A stretch of DNA of 64,000 nucleotides. Source: a virus. Location: the IMG/VR virus record IMGVR_UViG_3300024581_001100, positions 18,995 to 82,994 of that record, one strand, 5' to 3'. Below, in pieces: positions 46,657-54,562 of the stretch; position 1 is the first letter of the stretch, and each line of letters opens with the position of its first letter. Under the pieces are notes generated by a model, which saw nothing but the letters and a program-made list of their open reading frames with translations, made no database searches and was not told where the DNA came from. Position numbers and translations under genes: made by a program.

Positions 46657-47655
46657 ATGAGTATATTTCAGGAAAACACAGCGTACCGTCCTTTTAAGTA
46701 TCCTTGGGCAGTAGAAGCTGAGAAGAAACACAGGATTGACATGCATTGGCATGAGAACCAAGTAGAGATGCAAGACGACCTAAGACAGTTTTCTAACGAA
46801 GGAGGTCTAGCTACGAAGAATGTAAGCCATGCTGCAAATAAGAATATGGTAGAAAAGCTTATCATGTTGTTTACAGAGATGGATGTTTCTGTAGGAGGTG
46901 GCTACTCAAAGTTATTAGCCAACGTTAAGAATAATGAGATCCGCACTATGTGGTTCACCTTTGCTGCAAGAGAGGTTAGTCATCAAAGGGCTTATGCATT
47001 AGCAGCAGAAACTTTTGGTTATACTAACAGTGATTGGTCTGAGTTCAAGCAGTATAAAGAAATGCAAGACAAGATAGACCTTCTTACACAAGATTTAGGA
47101 GATTTAACTAAGCCTCTTAATTTTTGTAAGATGTTATCTGTAGTATTCCTAGGGGAGGGTATTTCACTCTTTGGTGCATTCGCTTGTCTGCTCAACCTTA
47201 AACGCTACGGACTGATGAGTAATTTCAATACTATCAATGAATGGAGTTTAAAAGATGAACAGGAGCACGTTAAAAATAATATACGTGTATTCCTAGAGGC
47301 CAGTAAAGAACTCAAAGAAGTTGAACTAATAGAGTTACAAACCTTCGTAGTGGATACTGTAAGCAAGTACGTAGAGGCTGAGTGTAACTTCTTAGACTTA
47401 ATTTATGAGATGGGAGACCAAGAAGGAATGTCCCTAGAAGATACTAAAGAGTTTATAAAGTATCTAGGTGAATTAAGACTATTTCAAATTGGTTACATTG
47501 GTAGTGAAGAAGTGAGAGATAATCCTTTAGAGTGGATGGACTTCATACTTAGTGGATCTACCCATACTAACTTCTTTGAGAGTCGTGTTGTAGACTATGC
47601 TCACAACGGATTAGAAGGTACAGTAGACTACGATAAATATTTGAAGGCAAGTTAA
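46657..47655 (+). CDS. nrdB: class Ia ribonucleotide reductase beta subunit
   Basis: YRPFKYPWA, W...V.MQDD, REVSH..AY, EG..LF..FA, DEQEH, NFFE.RV.DY; ATG 46657. Confidence 0.93.
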   Translation: MSIFQENTAYRPFKYPWAVEAEKKHRIDMHWHENQVEMQDDLRQFSNEGGLATKNVSHAANKNMVEKLIMLFTEMDVSVGGGYSKLLANVKNNEIRTMWFTFAAREVSHQRAYALAAETFGYTNSDWSEFKQYKEMQDKIDLLTQDLGDLTKPLNFCKMLSVVFLGEGISLFGAFACLLNLKRYGLMSNFNTINEWSLKDEQEHVKNNIRVFLEASKELKEVELIELQTFVVDTVSKYVEAECNFLDLIYEMGDQEGMSLEDTKEFIKYLGELRLFQIGYIGSEEVRDNPLEWMDFILSGSTHTNFFESRVVDYAHNGLEGTVDYDKYLKAS

Positions 47656-47664
47656 AATAAATAG

Positions 47665-47712
47665 TTGACAAGAGTAACCCTATAGATCATACTACGGTCT
47701 ATAGAGTTTTTT
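47665..47712 (+). promoter_or_regulatory. promoter overlapping terminator hairpin
   Basis: TTGACA-N17-CATACT; ctataga/tctatag stem plus T-run. Confidence 0.55.
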
Positions 47713-47740
47713 GTTATGTGTAATTTAAAGGAGAATAGGT

Positions 47741-47947
47741 ATGCTAGATATTAACGGTAAAGAAGTAATGCCTTATGATGACTGTGTTATAGAGGATACT
47801 AGCGGACGTAAGAGAATAGGCAGATTAGAAATAGTTAAAGGTAAAGTCACTGACTCCTTCCGTCTAGCTTCTTATCAAGATAGGAAATGTCAAGTAGTGT
47901 GGAATATTAAAGATATTAAATCTGCAGAGATTATATTGGAGAATTGA
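47741..47947 (+). CDS. hypothetical protein
   Basis: AAGGAG SD. Confidence 0.7.
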   Translation: MLDINGKEVMPYDDCVIEDTSGRKRIGRLEIVKGKVTDSFRLASYQDRKCQVVWNIKDIKSAEIILEN

Positions 47948-47948
47948 T

Positions 47949-48284
47949 ATGAAACTATTATTTCAACAAGGGGAAGAAGTGATAATTCAAAGTAAACATT
48001 ACCCCGAATATAACAATCGAGAAGATGTAGTACGTCAAGTTATAGATACAGGTATTACAGACTTCCCTGCTCTATGGAGAGAGCCGATAACAGGTACTTT
48101 AGTAAGACTGAACACTAGGTATGCTTATTTACTACAACACAATAAAGAAAGGTTGTCTAATAATGGAGATAACTTGATAGTTGCATCTTGGGGGGAGAGG
48201 TCTTTACGAAAGAAACATAAACCTAGTGATAGTTCTTTCCAAAATATGATTGAATCTTTAAAACGCCCTCAGAAGCTCTCTTAG
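47949..48284 (+). CDS. hypothetical protein
   Basis: GGAG SD; last + strand gene. Confidence 0.7.
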   Translation: MKLLFQQGEEVIIQSKHYPEYNNREDVVRQVIDTGITDFPALWREPITGTLVRLNTRYAYLLQHNKERLSNNGDNLIVASWGERSLRKKHKPSDSSFQNMIESLKRPQKLS

Positions 48285-48354
48285 TAGGGTTCTCTTAGGA
48301 CATGAACCATCGTATTACTAATTAGAGATATAGCCTTACAGAGGCTTACAGGAG
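48262..48354. repeat. dispersed palindromic element, copy G (at the convergence of early and late transcription)
   Basis: core accatcgtatta; arm agaggcttacaggag is the exact reverse complement of ctcctgtaagcctct in copy D. Confidence 0.75.
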
Positions 48355-48356
48355 GT

Positions 48357-48917
48357 TTAATTACCTTTATTAGAATATAACCTGCATAACGTAAAGCTGT
48401 AATCATAAACCTCTACGTCACAGTCAGTTGGTTTTAAAAATACTTCCAATCCGTTATCTACTAAATCTTGTCCTATAAATAAGATTAAATCAGGACTGAA
48501 ATATTGTTCATCCCCTGCTGATTTATTAAAAGTTAAGGTGTCCCCATTAATAGGGTTATAACTGACAGAAGGACATTCTATAGTCAAATCCATGTGACCT
48601 CCTTGGCTATCAGGTTTGCACTTCATTCTTACATTAGCTAAGTATAAGTCGTCTGGGGTCTTAGGAAGAAATAAGTGGTTGTCAGTATCGTAGGATAAAT
48701 CAAAGTACTTGCCTCTAGAGAAACCTGTATCATTAAGAGGAATGATTAATTTGTGTTTTACCCCGTCTGCTATTGTTAAAGGAGAAGACTCTGTGTACGT
48801 GTCTACTTGTTTAAAGAGCCATCCCCCTGATTCAATAATGCTATTAACAGAACGCCTCTGCCCTGAGACTATATCCACTAATCGCCCTAATAACTCTCTG
48901 GATAAACTCATCACCAT
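48357..48917 (-). CDS. hypothetical late protein
   Basis: ORF at the end of the late operon. Confidence 0.75.
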   Translation of the reverse strand: MVMSLSRELLGRLVDIVSGQRRSVNSIIESGGWLFKQVDTYTESSPLTIADGVKHKLIIPLNDTGFSRGKYFDLSYDTDNHLFLPKTPDDLYLANVRMKCKPDSQGGHMDLTIECPSVSYNPINGDTLTFNKSAGDEQYFSPDLILFIGQDLVDNGLEVFLKPTDCDVEVYDYSFTLCRLYSNKGN

Positions 48918-49309
48918 TCACCATCTGTATCTTCATTCCACTCTCGAATAGTTACAATAAAACATACGTCATCCTCAGGAAACCACTCTTTAAATTTCCT
49001 TAAAGCTTCACCACTACGATATGCCTTACCATCTTTCAATTCCATACAAGGTGCTTGACAACCTTCCAAGTTGGAAACTGTGAACGCTTCATGTATCTCA
49101 ATATGACTTCTATTAGGAACATCCTGATACCTAAACCATTGATGTCTGCCTGTCTTATCTGCACACACTTTATATGCACCTTCTGGTATACATGATACGA
49201 AAGGTTTATTGTCTAAGTCAGGAAGTTCTAAATTATAGGTGTAAGAATCATCAGGAAATATCCATTTACCTTCTGTCCTATCTTCGTAATATCGTCTAAG
49301 TAATATCAT
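48911..49309 (-). CDS. DUF5675-like protein, candidate endolysin
   Basis: T.G......LELP..DN.P..SCIP.G.Y...DVPNRS.I.IH......LEGC. Confidence 0.7.
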   Translation of the reverse strand: MILLRRYYEDRTEGKWIFPDDSYTYNLELPDLDNKPFVSCIPEGAYKVCADKTGRHQWFRYQDVPNRSHIEIHEAFTVSNLEGCQAPCMELKDGKAYRSGEALRKFKEWFPEDDVCFIVTIREWNEDTDGEW

Positions 49310-49311
49310 AG

Positions 49312-49542
49312 CTAACGCTCCAAAGTAATCTCATACACTTTCCCACCTTTGCGTCTTTCGTAGTGAACCAGAGTCACCCCTCTCTCTGTAAACTTTTCCT
49401 TAATAGCTAATCTTAACTCTTTATTAAACTTTCCTCTTAGTCCTTTTATGTAGGCCACGTTAGGGAAAGGGTACATAACCACTAAGGTAGTGTCTCTAGT
49501 TCTCCATATCTCTGTTGTCACTTCCACCTCTATATCAACCAT
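49312..49542 (-). CDS. hypothetical protein
   Basis: ORF in the lysis region. Confidence 0.65.
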   Translation of the reverse strand: MVDIEVEVTTEIWRTRDTTLVVMYPFPNVAYIKGLRGKFNKELRLAIKEKFTERGVTLVHYERRKGGKVYEITLER

Positions 49543-49807
49543 CTTTTCTTGCCTCGTAGGTATGATTAATATATTTCAATGCCCCAAAGATAGCAGCAAC
49601 AAGGGAACCCATAGCAGCCCAGAATGGGGTTTGCGCGAAGTTTTCTGGGGTGGTAATATCTTTGTACCACACTAATAGATCGTAGCATAGCCATGAAAAA
49701 AATATAACTACCCCAATTTCTACTAAGCAGAAAAGATTAAGAGTTATTGCTATGTCTCTTAAGTTTTTATGAGATGGAATATACTTCTTTAATTTTATAA
49801 AAAACAT
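49535..49807 (-). CDS. putative class II holin
   Basis: two TM helices, charged C-terminus, lysis context. Confidence 0.55.
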   Translation of the reverse strand: MFFIKLKKYIPSHKNLRDIAITLNLFCLVEIGVVIFFSWLCYDLLVWYKDITTPENFAQTPFWAAMGSLVAAIFGALKYINHTYEARKDG

Positions 49808-50501
49808 CTTCGTCTAGTACCTTTTTATATTTATTTAGTTCTTCTTCCATTACAGATTTTTGAAAATTTTTATATAAACGTATGGCTTCTTGCTTATTGG
49901 TAGCCTTCCCTAAATAGACACTTTTATTGTTTCTGCTAGACTGTACATAGTAACTCCCCTTCTTGTATTGGTAACAACCGCTGCTATCTTTTGAATTATT
50001 CTTTATAAACAACGCATTAAGCTTCTTAGGTACTAGTCGGCAAAACTTAGGGGAATACTCTTTCTCTGCGCAGTTGTGGGACATAATATCCTTATCTATA
50101 TCAAAACCTTGTATATACGCACATTTTTGAGAAGAATACCATTTTTCGAATTCTAAGTAAGACCACCAATCCTTACATACTTCCACTTTTTCATAAGACT
50201 TATGTCTAGGGAAATTTTCAGTGGAGTAACATCTCCTCAAGATCCCTTTCCAAATACCGTAAACTTTTTTATCAACAGGAAGTTCAGTCCCTAAATAACC
50301 CCTACCATAAAAGTAAGGATAAAAAGGGTCTTTCACTTTTCCCGCCCTAATACAACACAAAGTGGTAGTCTTTCGGAATCCTGTATCTAGGAACTCTACA
50401 GTTACTTTTTTAGAATTTATGACACTAACAATCTTACACACCCCGTAGCTGTTAGACTTATAAATTTTCCCTATTAATTCCTTGTCACTCAATTTTTTCA
50501 A
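49767..50501 (-). CDS. HNH-like homing endonuclease
   Basis: W.GILRRCY, VCKDW..Y..F..W, DIDKDI, YSP..C..VP..LN; C-terminal AP2-like segment. Confidence 0.8.
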   Translation of the reverse strand: MKKLSDKELIGKIYKSNSYGVCKIVSVINSKKVTVEFLDTGFRKTTTLCCIRAGKVKDPFYPYFYGRGYLGTELPVDKKVYGIWKGILRRCYSTENFPRHKSYEKVEVCKDWWSYLEFEKWYSSQKCAYIQGFDIDKDIMSHNCAEKEYSPKFCRLVPKKLNALFIKNNSKDSSGCYQYKKGSYYVQSSRNNKSVYLGKATNKQEAIRLYKNFQKSVMEEELNKYKKVLDEDVFYKIKEVYSIS

Positions 50502-50580
50502 AATTTCCCCCTATCCAAACATATACTAAAATAATAGTAACAATAATAATCTGTATGAAAAGGGATGTCAATACCACTTT

Positions 50581-50880
50581 TTAATCTTTTCCCACATAAT
50601 CCCTCTCTTTAAGTTCTTTAATTAAGAGGGCATCTTTTTCATAACATTTCTTAACTTGCCCTAAGTTATAAGCGTATACCTCATAGAAAGCCCTGAGAGA
50701 CGTTTCCTGAGCATTTTCTTTAAGAGGGTAAGCTACCCTACAGGGTACTCCTAAAAGAGGGCTTAGAGGTGCTTGTAGGAGCTTTTCTTCTACCTTATTG
50801 ACTTCCGTTAATGGAACGGATGGAGTCATTGAACATGCTGTTAAGGTCAGCAGGAACAACATCACAATCTTCTTGCACAT
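50581..50880 (-). CDS. o-spanin (Rz1-like lipoprotein)
   Basis: lipobox LTAC, Pro-rich segment, overlaps the i-spanin 3' end. Confidence 0.75.
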   Translation of the reverse strand: MCKKIVMLFLLTLTACSMTPSVPLTEVNKVEEKLLQAPLSPLLGVPCRVAYPLKENAQETSLRAFYEVYAYNLGQVKKCYEKDALLIKELKERDYVGKD

Positions 50881-51208
50881 ATATCTCTCGCTCTATATAT
50901 TCTGTGATAGTTTTAACCTCAGTATCTACTGCCTGTTCTTCCTGAATACGCTGTAAGGTTATCTCTTCTTGTCTTTGTAATTCTCTACGTTGTTGTTGTA
51001 AGCGGTATATAAGTAGTTCTTGCGCTTGGGCATTAGCCTCATTAAGTTTCTCTTGGTATTCTTGTACAGCAGCATTATAACCTCTGTCATATATACCTGA
51101 CTTAATCTCAGACCAACCTACCCAAGCACTAATGCCTATGATTAAGGCAACACTAACACTTGCAAGTATTTTTCTATTTTTTATTAAACTTACCACTGAG
51201 GTAATCAT
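50795..51208 (-). CDS. i-spanin (Rz-like)
   Basis: N-terminal TM, coiled coil, C-terminal Cys; AGGAG SD. Confidence 0.75.
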   Translation of the reverse strand: MITSVVSLIKNRKILASVSVALIIGISAWVGWSEIKSGIYDRGYNAAVQEYQEKLNEANAQAQELLIYRLQQQRRELQRQEEITLQRIQEEQAVDTEVKTITEYIEREIYVQEDCDVVPADLNSMFNDSIRSINGSQ

Positions 51209-51623
51209 CTACACTCTCCTTATTCAATATTTTATTACACAATCTGAGGATCTCATGTGCATATCCATAACTACGGACAGCATTTAGTATTTCATCTTTT
51301 GTAAAAGGTTTCTCTAGATAATCTATAAAACCAGACGAATATGCCTGTAGTTTATCATTTAAATTATGAGAGCCAGAAATAGCCACAATAGGGGTGTGGT
51401 GTAATTCCTTGTGTTGACGTAGTTTACTGGCAACAGAAAAACCATCTTCTTCCGCTAAATAAAGGTCTAGTACAATTACATCAGGGTTAAAGGTTATCAC
51501 TTCTTTATAAAAATCTTTAATAAGAGGGGATAGGGCATATTTAGTCTCTATCCCTTCCTCATTAAGCATAAATGCCAGAAGCGTTAGTGTAATAGGGTCA
51601 TCATCTATAATGAACACTTTCAT
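51174..51623 (-). CDS. single-domain response regulator (CheY-like receiver)
   Basis: D7-D8-D9 pocket, D53 phospho-acceptor, S83, Y102, K105-P106. Confidence 0.9.
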   Translation of the reverse strand: MKVFIIDDDPITLTLLAFMLNEEGIETKYALSPLIKDFYKEVITFNPDVIVLDLYLAEEDGFSVASKLRQHKELHHTPIVAISGSHNLNDKLQAYSSGFIDYLEKPFTKDEILNAVRSYGYAHEILRLCNKILNKESVDDYLSGKFNKK

Positions 51624-51627
51624 AGGA

Positions 51628-51990
51628 TTATTCCTTACGTCTGTTCAACTCTTTCTGATAATCAGCTATCGCATTTGCTTTTTCAATTTGAATAGTTAAG
51701 TTGATTACCGCCGTGTGTATGTCCTTAACATCCCTGCTCGTTTCCGCTTGTGCTTGTTCTAATTTAACGAAATACTCTTGTAGTAGTTTCCTTGTTTGTT
51801 CCTCTGTGATAAAAGTGTTACTGTGTTCAATTTGTTTCTCTGACAGTTTCTTTAAATCAGAAATTAATTGGTCAATAACTTTATCACGTCTTTTTTTATC
51901 GTACCACACCCATGCTTGACTTCCCCCTGCTAGGGTAGACACAGATGCAGCCAATGTTGATAATACTTCAGGGGAAAATACACCCGACAT
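51628..51990 (-). CDS. membrane-anchored coiled-coil protein (holin/antiholin-like)
   Basis: N-terminal hydrophobic segment, KKRR stop-transfer, coiled coil. Confidence 0.55.
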   Translation of the reverse strand: MSGVFSPEVLSTLAASVSTLAGGSQAWVWYDKKRRDKVIDQLISDLKKLSEKQIEHSNTFITEEQTRKLLQEYFVKLEQAQAETSRDVKDIHTAVINLTIQIEKANAIADYQKELNRRKE

Positions 51991-52400
51991 TACGTTACTT
52001 CCTCACTCATCATTAATAGGTGTGTTGCTGTCACCCTATCTAAATATCTACTGTTGTATGTTCCAGCAGCGTAAGCGGCTAGTTCAAAACAGAACCACTT
52101 ATCTGTGTCATCCCAATCTCCTCTAAATACAAACTTAAAGATAGCCCCCCAATCATAGGACTTTCCTAATTGGTCTTTCAACCGTCTTTGGAAATCACCT
52201 TTATGGGGTATCTCTATGATCTTGTGGTTAGGGTATCGTTGTTTGAAATTAACAAGAGACGATATTACAACACCATGAGAAGCCGTAGCCTCAATAACTT
52301 CGTTATTAACAATAACTCCGCAATGAGACCACTTACTCCAATTGTGGAGTCTAATAGCTAGACTCCCTATCTTATTATTAGCACCCAGAATAACTCTCAT
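51990..52400 (-). CDS. permuted papain-like (YiiX/NlpC-P60, peptidase C92) protein
   Basis: WSHCG, VIEA, GKSYDW, WFCFEL. Confidence 0.8.
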   Translation of the reverse strand: MRVILGANNKIGSLAIRLHNWSKWSHCGVIVNNEVIEATASHGVVISSLVNFKQRYPNHKIIEIPHKGDFQRRLKDQLGKSYDWGAIFKFVFRGDWDDTDKWFCFELAAYAAGTYNSRYLDRVTATHLLMMSEEVT

Positions 52401-52403
52401 GAA

Positions 52404-53105
52404 TTAATCCCATGTAAGGTTAGTCATATAATCTTCAATGTCAGCCTTTGTGAGAAGACTGTCAATGTTATCCTTATGTACCCTAGCCTTAAACACTAAA
52501 GTCTCTTTGTGATGCGCTACAGCTTGTCCTAGAGCCACCATATCCGCGTTAGTCATAGCGACTTGTTGGTTATCAGCAGTAAGCCATGTAGTGTCAATAC
52601 CAGACATAATTGCCCCCATGATATCCATGATAGAGGTAGCATCTGTTTGGAAGGTATTACCATTATGAAGAACACCACCACTGATAAGAGCATCCCTTTG
52701 AGAATTTACTGTCTGTTTAGCATTGGCTTTGATAAAGTCTAAGTCTACAGACTCTACTGTTACAGGAGATTCACTGTCATTGTGTAGTTCCCAAAGTTTT
52801 CCCCATACATCAATCTCAACATCGACCATTTTAGGCTGTTCCTTTGTGATGTCCTGAAAGATTTGCTCCCCTGTATCATCGTAGTATGTGGGATTACCCT
52901 CTTCGCCTAAGACAGGTTCTTGTCCTACTACAACTTCTTCTACCCCATCTTGTACTTGTGTAAAGCGTTTAAATCCTTCACGTATGACTCCTGAGTGTGT
53001 TGGCAGTCCTTCGCCTTCATCCCACACCCAAAATACAGAGCCATCTTCGTTTTCTTTAAATGTGTCGACTTTTAGGAAGTCGCTTTCTTCTATAAATTTC
53101 AGCAT
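52404..53105 (-). CDS. tail fibre assembly protein with DUF4376-like C-terminus
   Basis: RD.....GV...G..FQTD..S....W.TADN..V. Confidence 0.7.
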   Translation of the reverse strand: MLKFIEESDFLKVDTFKENEDGSVFWVWDEGEGLPTHSGVIREGFKRFTQVQDGVEEVVVGQEPVLGEEGNPTYYDDTGEQIFQDITKEQPKMVDVEIDVWGKLWELHNDSESPVTVESVDLDFIKANAKQTVNSQRDALISGGVLHNGNTFQTDATSIMDIMGAIMSGIDTTWLTADNQQVAMTNADMVALGQAVAHHKETLVFKARVHKDNIDSLLTKADIEDYMTNLTWD

Positions 53106-53124
53106 TGTTGCTCCTTAAAAGTGA

Positions 53125-54543
53125 TTAAAAGTTGACGGTGATTTTTGAGGCACTTCCGTCAGTGCGTAAGTTAACGGGAAGCCCTGCGGAACTTGACAAA
53201 CCACTAACTTCAATAACAAGAACTTTAGGGCTGCTTAAGGTTGTCGGGGACGGGACTATGCCAGTTGCTAAAGTTGAACCACCTTGTAAAACTCTGAATG
53301 TTCCATTTACAGTGAAAGAGGATGGGACAGAGTGACTATTAATGGGAAGATAAAATCTGGCAATGCTTGCAGTCACCATTTCCCCAAAAGATATGACGTC
53401 TTGACCATCTGCCTTAAACTCATTAAAGTTAGTGTTACCGCTATCAAAGACAGTACGTTCTTTAATGTTTGTGCCATCTTTAGCTCTAATAACTGTTTCG
53501 CCTAACGATGCACCTGCCCTAGAGATTGTCAATTGCCCCCATATATCCGCATCACGTGACATAGTAATACCCACTCCGTTAGGTATAGTAAGTCCTTGGT
53601 AAGTTTTAGGACGATTAGCTGTCGCAGAGTCAAATACAAAAAATTGGTTAGGTTGGGATGATAAGTTCAAGTCATTAATAATACTCCCTGTAGAATCACG
53701 CATACCATTATTAGTAACTAAGGATAAACCATAATCCAAAGGGTTAACAGAGTTGCCACTGTCATAATTCTCAAACCAGTCAGTCCATGCGCTTCCTGTG
53801 TACGTTTTGGTAAATGCTTGCACACCTTTAGACACATACGCTGTTATTTTTACACGTACTCCATCTCGTTGCACAAAAATTGTGTAATTGGTATTAGATG
53901 TTGTAATAGGAGGGCTATTATTCACTGAATTTTGGGCAGATTGAAATGAAGTATAAAAACCTGTTTCATATTCACCTAATTGATGCCAATCCGTTAAAGA
54001 AATAAACTTACCTGTACCTCCTAAACCAAAAGAACCCACTTCCATGATATTCCCGCTAGACGTACCTACATTCTTCGTAGCAGCACTACCTAACCCTAAC
54101 ACACTTCTAGCTGTGCCAGCGTCATTAGCCTCTACAAGAGATTCCCCTAAAGTGGTAATATTAACCACTTCATAGGTGTTATCATCAATACGTTTAATAA
54201 GACCCTGTGTAGCCAAATCTTCAATAGCAGATACATTACTAACAATCTCTCTCACATTAGAGATAGCTTCAGCAAGACCTTCATTTGTATTGAAAGATAC
54301 AAGAGGTTGGTTAGATACATCTCCTTGTGACCAGTTATTTCTAAGAGTGATTGTAGATACACCACTTCCGTCAGGAGATGTCCCAGAGACTGCCTCTGCT
54401 GGATTATCAGCGCCACCTAAGAATACTGCTGTTCCTGAGTATACTCTTGAACAATCTACATTTCCTGAAATTGATATTGTTTTTGTACCATCTAATATCG
54501 AAGCATTACTTGCTACGAGAAATTGAACTGGATTTACAGCCAT
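53125..54543 (-). CDS. tail fibre / receptor-binding protein
   Basis: ARSVLGLGSAATKNVGT..GN.MEVG.FGLG hinge typical of gammaproteobacterial phage fibres. Confidence 0.8.
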   Translation of the reverse strand: MAVNPVQFLVASNASILDGTKTISISGNVDCSRVYSGTAVFLGGADNPAEAVSGTSPDGSGVSTITLRNNWSQGDVSNQPLVSFNTNEGLAEAISNVREIVSNVSAIEDLATQGLIKRIDDNTYEVVNITTLGESLVEANDAGTARSVLGLGSAATKNVGTSSGNIMEVGSFGLGGTGKFISLTDWHQLGEYETGFYTSFQSAQNSVNNSPPITTSNTNYTIFVQRDGVRVKITAYVSKGVQAFTKTYTGSAWTDWFENYDSGNSVNPLDYGLSLVTNNGMRDSTGSIINDLNLSSQPNQFFVFDSATANRPKTYQGLTIPNGVGITMSRDADIWGQLTISRAGASLGETVIRAKDGTNIKERTVFDSGNTNFNEFKADGQDVISFGEMVTASIARFYLPINSHSVPSSFTVNGTFRVLQGGSTLATGIVPSPTTLSSPKVLVIEVSGLSSSAGLPVNLRTDGSASKITVNF

Positions 54544-54562
54544 TATTTTATTCCTAATTTGA

